Below, piece after piece: positions 9,331 to 18,775 of a stretch of 60,804 nt of DNA. Location of the stretch: positions 1-60,804 of the forward strand of contig VBIL01000002.1 in assembly GCA_005879975.1 (NCBI GenBank). Direction: 5' to 3'. Below the pieces are notes generated by a model. It saw only the letters and a program-made list of their open reading frames with translations. It was not told where the DNA came from and made no database searches. Source of the stretch: Chloroflexota bacterium. GTDB lineage: Bacteria; Chloroflexota; Limnocylindria; P2-11E. A program made the position numbers and the translations under genes. The stretch's first letter is position 1; every line of letters begins with the position of its first letter.

Positions 9331-9695
9331 TCGATATCCCGCGCGAGAAACGCGTCGACGTATCGCTGCGCTACATCTTCGGCATCGGCGCGACGACCGC
9401 TCGCGACGTGCTCGAGCAGGCGCGCGTCGACGCTGGCACGAGAGTGCGCGACCTGACCGAGCCCCAGGTCGCCAAGATCCGTGAGGTCATCGATCGCGGC
9501 TTCACGGTCGAAGGCGATCTTCGTCGCGAGATCGCGCTGAACATCAAACGTCTCCAGGAGATCGGCAGCTATCGCGGTCTGCGACACCGGCGCAACCTGC
9601 CGGTCCGCGGCCAGCGCACCCGCACCAACGCGCGGACGCGGCGCGGGCAGCGCAAGACGGTCGCCGGAAGGAAGAAGGCGGTGTCGAAGACTTAA
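9312..9695 (+). CDS. rpsM: 30S ribosomal protein S13 (native N-terminal 4-5 codons replaced)
   Basis: [28 protein letters not shown]...[28 protein letters not shown] matches S13. The only in-frame ATG (9312) lies inside the rpmJ remnant and gives MQDHPA instead of MARIAG. Confidence 0.85.
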   Translation: MQDHPAVDIPREKRVDVSLRYIFGIGATTARDVLEQARVDAGTRVRDLTEPQVAKIREVIDRGFTVEGDLRREIALNIKRLQEIGSYRGLRHRRNLPVRGQRTRTNARTRRGQRKTVAGRKKAVSKT

Positions 9696-10192
9696 TGGCC
9701 GAGCCGAAGCAGGAAAAGGAAAAGCAAGAGAAGCAGGAAAAGCCCGAGCGTTCCCCCAAAGGCGAGAAGCCCGAGGCGGAAGCGCAGGGCGCGGCGGCCG
9801 GGGCTGAGCCGAAGGCCGCACCACGCCGACGCCGCGAGAAGCGTGTCGTCCCGCGCGGGGCCGCGCACGTGAAGGCCTCGTTCAACAACACGATCATCTC
9901 GCTCACTGACCCCGCCGGGAACGTCATCGCGTGGTCTTCGGCAGGCGCGTCGGGCTGGAAGGGCTCGCGCAAGAGCACCCCGTACGCGGCGCAGGTCGCC
10001 GCGGAGAACGCGGCGCGCAAGGCGCTCGACCTCGGGCTCAAGACCGTCGAGGTCTTTGTGCGTGGCCCGGGAGCCGGGCGCGAGGCCGCGATCCGCGCGC
10101 TCGAGGCGACAGGTCTCGAGGTGACCGCGATCACCGATGTCACGCCGATCCCGCACAACGGCTGCCGACCTCCGAAGCGGAGGCGCGTCTAA
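9695..10192 (+). CDS. rpsK: 30S ribosomal protein S11 with K/E-rich N-terminal extension
   Basis: The core is [30 protein letters not shown]...[17 protein letters not shown]. It is preceded by about 45 aa beginning [19 protein letters not shown]. Confidence 0.9.
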   Translation: MAEPKQEKEKQEKQEKPERSPKGEKPEAEAQGAAAGAEPKAAPRRRREKRVVPRGAAHVKASFNNTIISLTDPAGNVIAWSSAGASGWKGSRKSTPYAAQVAAENAARKALDLGLKTVEVFVRGPGAGREAAIRALEATGLEVTAITDVTPIPHNGCRPPKRRRV

Positions 10193-10815
10193 TGGCGCGA
10201 TACACCGGCCCCGTCTGCCGTATCTGCCGTCGTGAAGGCATGAAGCTCTTCCTCAAAGGCGAGAAGTGCTTCACGAAGTGCACGTTCGAAAAGCGCTCGT
10301 CTCCACCGGGCATGCACCAGCAGCGTCGGCGCAAGGTCTCGGACTTCGCGCTGCAGCTTCGCGAGAAGCAGAAGGCGCGGCGCATGTACGGCGTGCTCGA
10401 GCGACAGATGAAGAACACGTTCGACCGCGCCGCTGAGGTGACCGGGGCCACCGGCGAGACGCTGCTCATCAACCTCGAGCGCCGTCTCGACAACACCGTC
10501 TACCGCTCCGGCTTCGCCAAGTCGAGGTCGCAGGCACGGCAGCTCGTCACCCATGGCCACATCACCGTCAACGGACGCATGACCAAGACCCCGAGCTATT
10601 CGGTGAAGGCGGGCGATCAGCTCGCGGTGCGGGAGTCGAGCCGCTCGTCAAACTACTTCAAGGAGATGACCGCCTGGGCGAAAACACAGACCCGCCCCGG
10701 GTGGCTTGAAGTCGACCCCGACGCGTACACAGCCAAGGTGCTCGCACTCCCGAGTCGCGAGCAGATCGAAGCGCAGGTCAATACCCAGCTCATCGTCGAA
10801 CACTATTCGCGCTAG
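10192..10815 (+). CDS. rpsD: 30S ribosomal protein S4 (Cys4 form)
   Basis: [30 protein letters not shown]...QLIVEHYSR matches S4. ATG 10192 overlaps the rpsK stop. Confidence 0.95.
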   Translation: MARYTGPVCRICRREGMKLFLKGEKCFTKCTFEKRSSPPGMHQQRRRKVSDFALQLREKQKARRMYGVLERQMKNTFDRAAEVTGATGETLLINLERRLDNTVYRSGFAKSRSQARQLVTHGHITVNGRMTKTPSYSVKAGDQLAVRESSRSSNYFKEMTAWAKTQTRPGWLEVDPDAYTAKVLALPSREQIEAQVNTQLIVEHYSR

Positions 10816-10842
10816 CCCCGCGCAGGAAGGAAACCGAAGCCA

Positions 10843-11853
10843 ATGACCCTTGTCGAGCTCGAGTACCCCAAGATCGAACGTATCGAAGGTGACGACCGCT
10901 ACGCGAAGTTCGCGTGCGAGCCGCTTCCCCCCGGCTACGGCACCACGCTTGGGAACTCGCTCCGTCGCGTGCTGCTGTCCTCGCTTCCCGGAGCGGCGAT
11001 CACCGCTGCCCGCGTTCGCGGCGTGGCCCACGAGTTCTCAACCATCCCCGGCGTGAAAGAGGACGTCGTTCAGATCGTCCTCAACCTCAAGCAGATCCGT
11101 CTCCGCTCCTTCGCCAATGAGCCGGTCACGCTCACGCTCGAGAAGACCGGACCAGGTGACGCCACGGCGGCCGACATCATGACCACGAGCGAGATCGAGA
11201 TCGTGAACCCCGAGGCCAAGATCGCGACGCTCGAGCCCGACGCTTCGCTCTGGCTCGAGCTCACCGTCGAGACCGGACGGGGATTCCACTCGGCCGACCG
11301 CCGCGAGGGACTGCCGATCGGGGTCATCCCGATCGACGCGCTCTACAGCCCGGTCAAGAAGGTGAACTTCGGCGTCGAGAGCACCCGCGTCGGGCAGGTG
11401 ACGAACTACGACCGCCTGATCCTCGAGGTGTGGACGGACGGGACGACGACCCCCGACGACGCGGTCGCCCAGGGCTCCCAGATCCTTGTCCAGCAGTTCT
11501 CGCTCTTCGCGGGGCTCACGCGGTCGCAGACCGCGCTCGCTCAGCCCGAGCGCACGAACGGATCGGCCCTGCCGTCGGCGATCGCCGACATGCCGATAGA
11601 GGACCTCGACCTGCCTCAGAGAGCCTTCAACTCGCTTAAGCGGCACGGAATCACGAAGGTCGGCCAGCTTCTCCAGACGCCGGACGACGAGCTCCTGCGC
11701 ATGCGGAACTTTGGCAAGAAGTCGCTGGACGAGATCAAGGAGCGCCTCGCGGCACGCGGGCTCATCGAGCCGCCCGTCCGCGACGAGACCGCCACCGACG
11801 AGTTGCCGCCCGAAGAAGAGACCAGCCTGAGCGAGGGCGACGAGGGGAATTAG
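10843..11853 (+). CDS. rpoA: DNA-directed RNA polymerase alpha subunit
   Basis: The N-terminal domain has GYGTTLGNSLRRVLLSSLPGAA. The C-terminal domain has IEDLDLPQRAFNSLKRHGITKVGQLL...LRMRNFGKKSLDEIKERL. Confidence 0.95.
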   Translation: MTLVELEYPKIERIEGDDRYAKFACEPLPPGYGTTLGNSLRRVLLSSLPGAAITAARVRGVAHEFSTIPGVKEDVVQIVLNLKQIRLRSFANEPVTLTLEKTGPGDATAADIMTTSEIEIVNPEAKIATLEPDASLWLELTVETGRGFHSADRREGLPIGVIPIDALYSPVKKVNFGVESTRVGQVTNYDRLILEVWTDGTTTPDDAVAQGSQILVQQFSLFAGLTRSQTALAQPERTNGSALPSAIADMPIEDLDLPQRAFNSLKRHGITKVGQLLQTPDDELLRMRNFGKKSLDEIKERLAARGLIEPPVRDETATDELPPEEETSLSEGDEGN

Positions 11854-11943
11854 TGCTGAATGCGAGCGAGGAGCGGCTGTGCCGCGACGAGCGAGTCCAC
11901 CCTGCCGGAGGCGTGTCTCCGGCGATAGCCGGAGATTGAGCTG

Positions 11944-12483
11944 ATGCCGCACCAGGTGCACGAGCGCAAGTTCGGGCGCCGGACCGGCCACCGCCGGTCG
12001 ATGCTCCGTAACCTGTCGCTCTCGGTCCTGCGCTACGAGCGCGTGAAGACCACCGAGGCGAAGGCGAAAGAGATCCGGCTGTTCGTCGACCGCATGATCA
12101 ACCTCGGCAAGGACGGCTCCCTCGTCGCGCGCCGCCGGGCTCTCGCCTGGCTTCCGGAGCCGGTCATCGTCGAGAAGGTTTTCAACGACCTCGCCGGGCG
12201 CTGGCCCGATCGCGGTTCGGGCTACGTCCGCCTGACGCATATCGGCCGCCGCGTCGGCGACTCGGCGCCCCAGATGCTGATCGAGCTCGTGCCGGCGCCT
12301 GAAAAGCCTGCGTCAAAGGGCGACGCCACCGCTGAAGCGGAGAAGCCCCGCCGTCGGCTCGCCCTGCCGCGCCGGCGCCCAGCGGTGAAGAAGGACGAGA
12401 CGACGTCCGAGACCAATGCGAAGGCCGCGGCCAAGACGACAGCGACGAAAAAGAAGAAGACGGCGAAGGGAGCTGCGACCTAA
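11944..12483 (+). CDS. rplQ: 50S ribosomal protein L17 with K/A-rich C-terminal tail
   Basis: MPHQVHERKFGRRTGHRRSMLRNLSLSVLRYERVKTTEAKAKE matches L17. The tail is ...AAKTTATKKKKTAKGAAT. Confidence 0.9.
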   Translation: MPHQVHERKFGRRTGHRRSMLRNLSLSVLRYERVKTTEAKAKEIRLFVDRMINLGKDGSLVARRRALAWLPEPVIVEKVFNDLAGRWPDRGSGYVRLTHIGRRVGDSAPQMLIELVPAPEKPASKGDATAEAEKPRRRLALPRRRPAVKKDETTSETNAKAAAKTTATKKKKTAKGAAT

Positions 12484-12503
12484 CGGCGCACTGGAAGGCG
12501 CGC

Positions 12504-13259
12504 GTGGCGTACGACGGAACGCGCTACGCCGGGTTCCAGGTGCAGCCGAACGCACCGACGGTGCAGGCGGAGCTCGAGCGAGCGCTCAGCGCGATCTGCG
12601 ACGAGCGGGTCAGAGTTACCGGAGCGGGACGGACCGACGCCGGGGTGCACGCGAGCGGACAGGTCATCGACTTCCGGACGGCGAGCGCGCTGGACGGAGC
12701 GACGATCGGCCGAGGGGTCAACGCCCTTCTGCCGGAGGACATCGCGGTCTCGGGGCTGGGGCCCGCGGCGGAAGAGTTTCACGCCCGGTTCTCGGCCACG
12801 GGACGGACATATGAATATCGGATCCGGAACGCACCCGAACGCGATCCACTCGGGCGGCTTCGCGAGCACCACGTCGACACGGCGCTGGACGTCGCGGCGA
12901 TGCGGGACGCGAGCAGAGCGCTCGTCGGTCGCAAGGATTTCTCGGCGTTCGCGGCGGGGTCGGGAGGAGTTCGTACGATCCGCGGCGCGGAGTGGTGCTC
13001 CGAGGGCTCGCTGGTTCGCTTCGAGATCACGGCGGACGCGTTCCTGCGCGGCATGGTGCGCGCCATCGTGGGGACGCTCCTCTGGGTCGGTCGCGGGAAG
13101 ATCGACGGTGCGGCATTTGCCGAGATCGTCGATTCGCGCCAGCGCGCGAAAGCGGGTCCGAGCGCACCAGCGAACGGTCTGTGCCTGATCGAAGTTGAAT
13201 ACGAGATCGGAGGCCGGCGGGCATCGAGAGAGCCCTCCGACCGCGAGGCGGATGAATAG
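12504..13259 (+). CDS. truA: tRNA pseudouridine(38-40) synthase
   Basis: Contains AYDGTRYAGFQVQ and GAGRTDAGVHASGQV (catalytic Asp). GTG 12504 is the only start after the rplQ stop, but homology-like sequence (HWKARV) continues upstream in frame without a start codon. Confidence 0.85.
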   Translation: MAYDGTRYAGFQVQPNAPTVQAELERALSAICDERVRVTGAGRTDAGVHASGQVIDFRTASALDGATIGRGVNALLPEDIAVSGLGPAAEEFHARFSATGRTYEYRIRNAPERDPLGRLREHHVDTALDVAAMRDASRALVGRKDFSAFAAGSGGVRTIRGAEWCSEGSLVRFEITADAFLRGMVRAIVGTLLWVGRGKIDGAAFAEIVDSRQRAKAGPSAPANGLCLIEVEYEIGGRRASREPSDREADE

Positions 13260-13262
13260 GAA

Positions 13263-13730
13263 ATGAAGACGTACGCAACGAAGACCAGCGATATCACGCG
13301 AAGCTGGCGGGTCGTCGACGCCGACGGGGCGACGCTCGGCCGTCTTGCCACTGAGGTGGCGATGCTGCTTCGGGGCAAACACAAGGCCACGTTCACGCCG
13401 CACCTCGACACGGGTGATCCGGTCATCGTCATCAACGCGGTGAAGATCAAGGTCACCGGCAACAAGCTGCAGGCGAAGCGCTATGTTCGGCACTCGGGCT
13501 ATCCCGGTGGCCTGCGCTCGGAGACGCTCGAGCGACTCCTCTCGCGCCGTCCCGAGGAGGTCATCCGCCGCGCGGTCCGTGGCATGCTGCCCCAGAATCG
13601 GTTGGGCGAGCAGATGATTCGGAAGCTGCACGTCTACGCCGGTGCCGAGCACCCGCACGCCGCCCAAAAGCCCGAGCCCCACCACTCCGCGAAGGAGAGA
13701 GGCTCGACCACGAAGGAGTCAGCTTCATGA
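13263..13730 (+). CDS. rplM: 50S ribosomal protein L13
   Basis: [39 protein letters not shown] matches L13. Confidence 0.95.
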   Translation: MKTYATKTSDITRSWRVVDADGATLGRLATEVAMLLRGKHKATFTPHLDTGDPVIVINAVKIKVTGNKLQAKRYVRHSGYPGGLRSETLERLLSRRPEEVIRRAVRGMLPQNRLGEQMIRKLHVYAGAEHPHAAQKPEPHHSAKERGSTTKESAS

Positions 13731-14122
13731 AGAGCGCCCCGTACTTCCAGGGCACCGGCCGCCGCAAGACCTCGATCGCCCGCGTCCGGCTCGTGCCCGG
13801 CGAGGGCGCCGTGGTCGTGAACGGGAAGCCCCTCGACGACTACTTCGCGCGCGACGGCGCGACCGAGCAGGCGCTCATGCCGTTCTCGGTGACGAACACG
13901 GCGCGCCGGTTCAACGCCATGGTCAAGGTCGAGGGCGGCGGCGTGTCGGGCCAGATCGGCGCGATCGCGCACGGGATCGCGCGCGCTCTCATCCAGTCGG
14001 ACAAGGAGCACGCCGCGCCACTTCGTAAGGCCGGCCTGGTCACCAGAGACCCCCGCGCCAAGGAGCGGAAGAAACCCGGTCTCAAACGGGCCCGAAAGGC
14101 TCCTCAGTTCACCAAGCGATAG
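13727..14122 (+). CDS. rpsI: 30S ribosomal protein S9
   Basis: [14 protein letters not shown]...[19 protein letters not shown]...[24 protein letters not shown] matches S9. Confidence 0.95.
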   Translation: MKSAPYFQGTGRRKTSIARVRLVPGEGAVVVNGKPLDDYFARDGATEQALMPFSVTNTARRFNAMVKVEGGGVSGQIGAIAHGIARALIQSDKEHAAPLRKAGLVTRDPRAKERKKPGLKRARKAPQFTKR

Positions 14123-14155
14123 CCCAAACGAGCGCGCCGAGCGCAAACTACGAGC

Positions 14156-15319
14156 GTGGCCGGAACTAACTTCAACTACCAGGTCGCTCTCAAAGAAGGT
14201 CTCAACAGCCTTCAGCAGGGCCGGCTGCGTCAGGCCGAGCAGAGCTTCAAGTACCTGGTCGACAAGTTTCCAGGGGCCGAGGGCGGATACCGCGGCCTCG
14301 CGAAGGTGCACTTCGAGCAGGAGGACCGCGCGGGTGCCCTGCGCGTGCTTCGGGACGGGGCGGCCGCGCTCAGCAGGTCGGGCGATAGGTCCGCGGCCAT
14401 CGGGCTGCTGCGCGAGGCGGTCGCCCTCGATGCCCGAGATCTCTCGACGCACCGCCGTCTCGCCGCGGCGCTCGCGCTTGCGGGCGACAAGGAGGCTGCG
14501 GTCCAGGAGTACGCGCGATTCATCCGCGACCTGCGCGATGCAGGCGACGTCGAGCGTGCGAAGACCGAGGTCGCGTACGCGATGGGGCAGCTCAGCGATG
14601 TTCCGGGCGTCGATTCACTCGAGCGCATCGCGAACGGCGACGGCGAGTCCCCGGCGCGCGCGGCCACCAACGTGCGTGAGGAGACGATGCGGGGCGCCTT
14701 CGGCGGCGCGACCGCTCTGCGTCCACGTTCCGCCGATCCGTGGGCGGCGCCATCAGCTCCGGCGCAAACCGATTCCGCGCAGGTCGCTCCTCCGCCGAGG
14801 GTGACTCCGGCCGCTGGTGATCCGTGGGGGTTGACGGCGCGGGCAGCGCAAGCGCAAGTCGAGTCGACCCCAACTGCCGACGCATGGAGCGCGTCCGCCC
14901 CGGCCGCGGATCAACGGGCGCCGGCCGCCTCGAGCGGACCGGACCGAGGCGCGCTTGAGAGCATCGAAGCGGCAGGCGCTGACGAGGTGGTTCCTGCGGA
15001 AACCGACTCAGCAGCGGTCGAGGCCGCGGCGGCCCGCTATCTGGCGACCCGCGACCCGCGTGCAGCCCCGCTCGCCCTGGAGGCCGCGCGCCGCTATATC
15101 CGGGACGGCCAGACCGACGCGGCATCCGATCTGCTCCTCCAGCTCATCGCGGCCGGCGTCGCCGACCACGACGCGCAGCGGCTGCTCGTTGAGGTCGCGC
15201 GCACGCTCGGCAAGCGCGAGGTGGCAAAGGCGAAGTGCCAGCTACTCGTGCAGGCCTTGCTTCTCGACGGCCGCAATGATCTTGCAGCGGAGGTCGAGGC
15301 CCTGGCCCAGGCCGAATAA
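14156..15319 (+). CDS. Hypothetical protein with TPR-like helical ends and a P/A-rich disordered centre
   Basis: 387-aa ORF with coding-like GC3. Helical repeats occur at both ends (e.g. GRLRQAEQSFKYLVDKFPGAEGGYRGLAKVHF). The stop is 4 nt before the cdaA ATG. Confidence 0.55.
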   Translation: MAGTNFNYQVALKEGLNSLQQGRLRQAEQSFKYLVDKFPGAEGGYRGLAKVHFEQEDRAGALRVLRDGAAALSRSGDRSAAIGLLREAVALDARDLSTHRRLAAALALAGDKEAAVQEYARFIRDLRDAGDVERAKTEVAYAMGQLSDVPGVDSLERIANGDGESPARAATNVREETMRGAFGGATALRPRSADPWAAPSAPAQTDSAQVAPPPRVTPAAGDPWGLTARAAQAQVESTPTADAWSASAPAADQRAPAASSGPDRGALESIEAAGADEVVPAETDSAAVEAAAARYLATRDPRAAPLALEAARRYIRDGQTDAASDLLLQLIAAGVADHDAQRLLVEVARTLGKREVAKAKCQLLVQALLLDGRNDLAAEVEALAQAE

Positions 15320-15323
15320 ACAG

Positions 15324-16166
15324 ATGGAGCAGATCCGCCAGCAACTCGACAGGCTGCTCAGCAATCTCCTCAACGGTCAGCCACTTGGCTGGAACAACGT
15401 CCTCGACGTGGTCATCGTTGCCGTCTTCATCTACTACGTGCTCGTCCTCATCCGCGGGACGAAAGCGGTTCAGCTTCTTATAGGCGTCCTCGTGCTTGTG
15501 CTCATCTACTGGATCGCGCGTTCGCTGCAGCTCACTCTCACCACCCTGCTTCTGCAAGCCCTCTTCGCCGTAGCCCTCATTGCGCTCGTCGTGGTGTTTC
15601 AGCCCGAGCTGCGTCGAGCGCTCGGCCAGATCGGCCAGCTCGGTCCGCTGAACCGCCTGCTCCTGCCGGGTGGAGAGGAGCAGATCGAGGGAATTGTCGA
15701 CGAGCTCGTGCGTGCGGCTCTGCTGATCAGCGAGGCCAAGCATGGCGCGCTCATCGTCCTGGAACGCGCGACCGGGCTCCAGGACTACAGCGAGACGGGT
15801 GTCCCGGTGAACGGGAAGCTCACAGCGGAGCTTCTTGCCTCGATCTTCATGACGCGGTCGCCGTTGCACGACGGCGCCGTCATCGTGCGAGGCAGCCAGA
15901 TCCTCGCGGCCGCGTGCCTGCTGCCGCTCGAGGAGACCGCGGAGCGAAGCGCCCATCGCTACGGCATGCGTCACCGCGCCGCGCTTTCCATCAGCGCCCA
16001 GACCGACGCGATCGTAGTCGTCGTCTCCGAGGAGACGCAGGCCATCTCCATCGCCGCGGGCGGCCGGATCATCGGCGCACTCGACGAAGAGCGCCTCCGG
16101 CGCGTCCTCTCATCGCTCCTCCGGAGCCGGATCCAGCCACTCCCGTTCCGCAGCAAGGCCTCCTAG
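15324..16166 (+). CDS. cdaA: Diadenylate cyclase CdaA (three N-terminal TM helices plus DAC domain)
   Basis: ATG 15324 gives MEQIRQQLD... The DAC motifs PLHDGAVIV (DGA) and GMRHRAA (RHR) are present. ORF 14955-16166 was trimmed because its 5' part overlaps the upstream gene. Confidence 0.9.
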   Translation: MEQIRQQLDRLLSNLLNGQPLGWNNVLDVVIVAVFIYYVLVLIRGTKAVQLLIGVLVLVLIYWIARSLQLTLTTLLLQALFAVALIALVVVFQPELRRALGQIGQLGPLNRLLLPGGEEQIEGIVDELVRAALLISEAKHGALIVLERATGLQDYSETGVPVNGKLTAELLASIFMTRSPLHDGAVIVRGSQILAAACLLPLEETAERSAHRYGMRHRAALSISAQTDAIVVVVSEETQAISIAAGGRIIGALDEERLRRVLSSLLRSRIQPLPFRSKAS

Positions 16167-16169
16167 CCC

Positions 16170-17450
16170 TTGGCGCGCGTCCCGCTCCCGACGCGTCCGC
16201 TCCTCCCGCGGCGCCGCGTGGACCTCCGCCGCGCGGTCACCAGCGACTTCCCACTCAAGGCCACCGCGATCCTGGTGGCGGTTATCTTCTGGATCGTCTC
16301 CGTCGTGAACGCGGCGCCCACCGAGGTCGCTCGCGAGTTCGGCGGGCGCGTGCCGGTGGAGCGGCCCGAGGTGCCGGCGGGCTATGTCCTGCAGGGGCAG
16401 CTGGGGGACGTCGGTGTGACGCTCCGCGGGACCGAGGCCGCGCTCTCGAACGTCGTCGCGTCCGATCTACACGCCACGCTGGATCTTGGGGCGGCCGATC
16501 TTCACCGCGCCGATCCGCAGGACGTTCCGGTGCGCGTGCCTGACCCGGCGAGCGCGGGCGTCCGGGTGGTGGAAATCTCGCCGGCCACGGTGAACGTCCG
16601 GATCGAGCCGATCACGTCGCGATCCGTCGCCGCGCAGGCGCGGTTCGCGAACGATCCGCCCGCCGGCACGTTCGCCGGGGATCCCGCGATCACGCCGAGC
16701 GAGGTGAAGGTGAGCGGTCCGGCGAGCCAGGTCGCGCGGATCGCGGCGCTCTATGCGACGGTGCGGTTCGGGGACGCGGTCACCGATCTTGTCCAGAGCG
16801 TGCAGCCGGTCGCCGTCGACGCGGCCGCGACGACGATCGAGGGACTCACCGTGGATCCCGCCCTCGTGCAGGTGACCGTGGCGGTGCTGCCGACGGCGAC
16901 CACGCGGACGGTGCCTGTCGTTCCGGCACTGCGTGGATCGGTGGCGAACGGCTACTGGATCACGCGCGTGACCGTGGATCCCGCGGTGGTGACGGTGCGC
17001 GGCGAGACTTCGGTTCTGAGCGCGGTGGACCAGGTGGGCACGGGCGCGATCGACGTCAGCGGGCTCACCGATGGCAGGACCTATCAGGCGGGACTCTTGC
17101 TCCCGGCGGAGGGCACCTCGCTGCTCAAATCGGTGCAGGCGACGGTGACCGTGACGGTGGCGCCCCTCACGGGCACCCGGTCGTTCCCGGTCGTCGCGGT
17201 TCAGGCCGCCAATCTCGGTAGCAGCCTTTCGGCGGAGTTCGATCCTCCGAGCGTCGGGGTCCTTCTCGCCGGGCCTTTGCCGGCGCTGGGCGCCGTCACC
17301 GTCCTGCAGGTCACCGCCGGCGTGGACGCCGCCGGCAAGGGGCCGGGCACCTACCCCGTGGACGTGACCGTCCGGGTGCCGGCGAGCGTCACGGCCCAAA
17401 GCGTGCAACCGACCCGAGTCATGCTCACCATACGAACGAGGAGCGGTTGA
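16170..17450 (+). CDS. cdaR: CdaR/YbbR-like regulator of CdaA (N-terminal TM helix plus repeated YbbR-type beta domains)
   Basis: Position is between cdaA and glmM. The protein has a single TM helix followed by repeated V/T-rich units ending ...VxVxG. The start is TTG. Confidence 0.75.
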   Translation: MARVPLPTRPLLPRRRVDLRRAVTSDFPLKATAILVAVIFWIVSVVNAAPTEVAREFGGRVPVERPEVPAGYVLQGQLGDVGVTLRGTEAALSNVVASDLHATLDLGAADLHRADPQDVPVRVPDPASAGVRVVEISPATVNVRIEPITSRSVAAQARFANDPPAGTFAGDPAITPSEVKVSGPASQVARIAALYATVRFGDAVTDLVQSVQPVAVDAAATTIEGLTVDPALVQVTVAVLPTATTRTVPVVPALRGSVANGYWITRVTVDPAVVTVRGETSVLSAVDQVGTGAIDVSGLTDGRTYQAGLLLPAEGTSLLKSVQATVTVTVAPLTGTRSFPVVAVQAANLGSSLSAEFDPPSVGVLLAGPLPALGAVTVLQVTAGVDAAGKGPGTYPVDVTVRVPASVTAQSVQPTRVMLTIRTRSG

Positions 17451-18775
17451 CCAGGCTTTTTGGCACCGATGGTGTCCGTGGTGTCGCCAATCTCGACCTG
17501 ACGCCGGAGCTCGCGCTTCGGCTCGGGCGCGCGGCCGGGCACGTGCTCGGCGGCCCCGGCCACTCGGTCGTCATCGGCCGCGATACCCGCCGGAGCGGCC
17601 GCATGCTCGAGAGCGCGCTCGCTGCCGGGCTGTGCTCGGTCGGCATGGAGGTCCGCCTCGTCGGCCACATCCCGACCCCGGGGCTCGCCTACCTCGCCAA
17701 GGCGCACGACTTCATCGCCGGCGCGGTAATCAGTGCCTCGCACAATCCGGCGCCGGACAACGGGATCAAGTTCTTCGACAACCGGGCTCAGAAATTGCCG
17801 GACGCGACCGAAGACCGGATCGAGGCGCTGATGACCGGCGAAGATACGCTCCCGCGCCCGACCGAGGGCGGAATCGGCCTGGTGGGTGACGCCCGCGGGC
17901 TGGTCAAGGACTATGAGGACTTCCTCGTCTCGATGGCTCCGCGCCTCGAGGGCATGCGCATCGCTCTCGACTGCGCGAACGGCTCGACCTATCGGGTGGC
18001 GCCCGCCGTATTCGCTCACGCCGGCGCCGAGGTGCTCGCGTTCTTTGACACGCCCGATGGTCTGAACATCAACGCGGGCTCCGGCGCGACCGCACCGGAA
18101 GCGCTACAGCGGCTGGTCGCCCAGAACAAGGCCGACGCCGGGTTCGCGTTCGACGGCGACGGCGATCGCGTGATCGTGGTCGACGAGCGGGGGCGGGCGC
18201 ACAACGGCGATTTCGTCCTCGCGCTGGCGGCGCGGCACTTCGCGCGACACGGCCGCCTCGACCCGATGCTCGTCGTCGGCACGGTCATGACCAACGGTGG
18301 TCTCGAATCGACCCTCGCCAAGGATGGCATCGCCCTTGTGCGCACCCAGGTCGGCGACCGTTATGTCTGGGAAGAGATGGAACGCCGCGGTGCGCAGTTC
18401 GGCGGCGAGTCCTCCGGGCACGTCATCTTCCGCGAGTACTCGGCGACCGGCGACGGCATCCTCACAGCTCTCGAGGTCCTGCATCTCGCACGCAACGAGG
18501 GCCGTACCCTGGCCCAACTCGCCGACGACATGCAGTTCTGGCCGCAGGTCACGCGCAACGTGAAGGCCGCGAGGCGGCGCGAATGGGAGCAGAACGACGC
18601 GTTCAGAGCGGCGAAGAAGGAGGCCGAAATCACGCTCGGTTCGACCGGACGTCTGCTGGTGCGGCCTTCCGGAACGGAGCCCGTGCTGCGCATCACCGTC
18701 GAGGCTCGTGACGCGACTCTTGCCTCGAGTACGGCGGACATGCTCGCGCGCGTCGCAGAAAGGGAGCTCGTCTAG
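17447..18775 (+). CDS. glmM: Phosphoglucosamine mutase
   Basis: Contains MTRLFGTDGVRGVAN, the active-site ISASHNPAPDNGIKFF, FDGDGDR and GGESSGH. Confidence 0.95.
   Translation: MTRLFGTDGVRGVANLDLTPELALRLGRAAGHVLGGPGHSVVIGRDTRRSGRMLESALAAGLCSVGMEVRLVGHIPTPGLAYLAKAHDFIAGAVISASHNPAPDNGIKFFDNRAQKLPDATEDRIEALMTGEDTLPRPTEGGIGLVGDARGLVKDYEDFLVSMAPRLEGMRIALDCANGSTYRVAPAVFAHAGAEVLAFFDTPDGLNINAGSGATAPEALQRLVAQNKADAGFAFDGDGDRVIVVDERGRAHNGDFVLALAARHFARHGRLDPMLVVGTVMTNGGLESTLAKDGIALVRTQVGDRYVWEEMERRGAQFGGESSGHVIFREYSATGDGILTALEVLHLARNEGRTLAQLADDMQFWPQVTRNVKAARRREWEQNDAFRAAKKEAEITLGSTGRLLVRPSGTEPVLRITVEARDATLASSTADMLARVAERELV

Noticed and set aside
14955-15323. N-terminal extension of the cdaA ORF (and similar extensions of the ORFs at 34708, 28598, 9931 and 5592)
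   Set aside because: The extensions overlap the preceding gene in another frame and are R/P/S-rich. Canonical starts with SD or stop-start coupling exist downstream.
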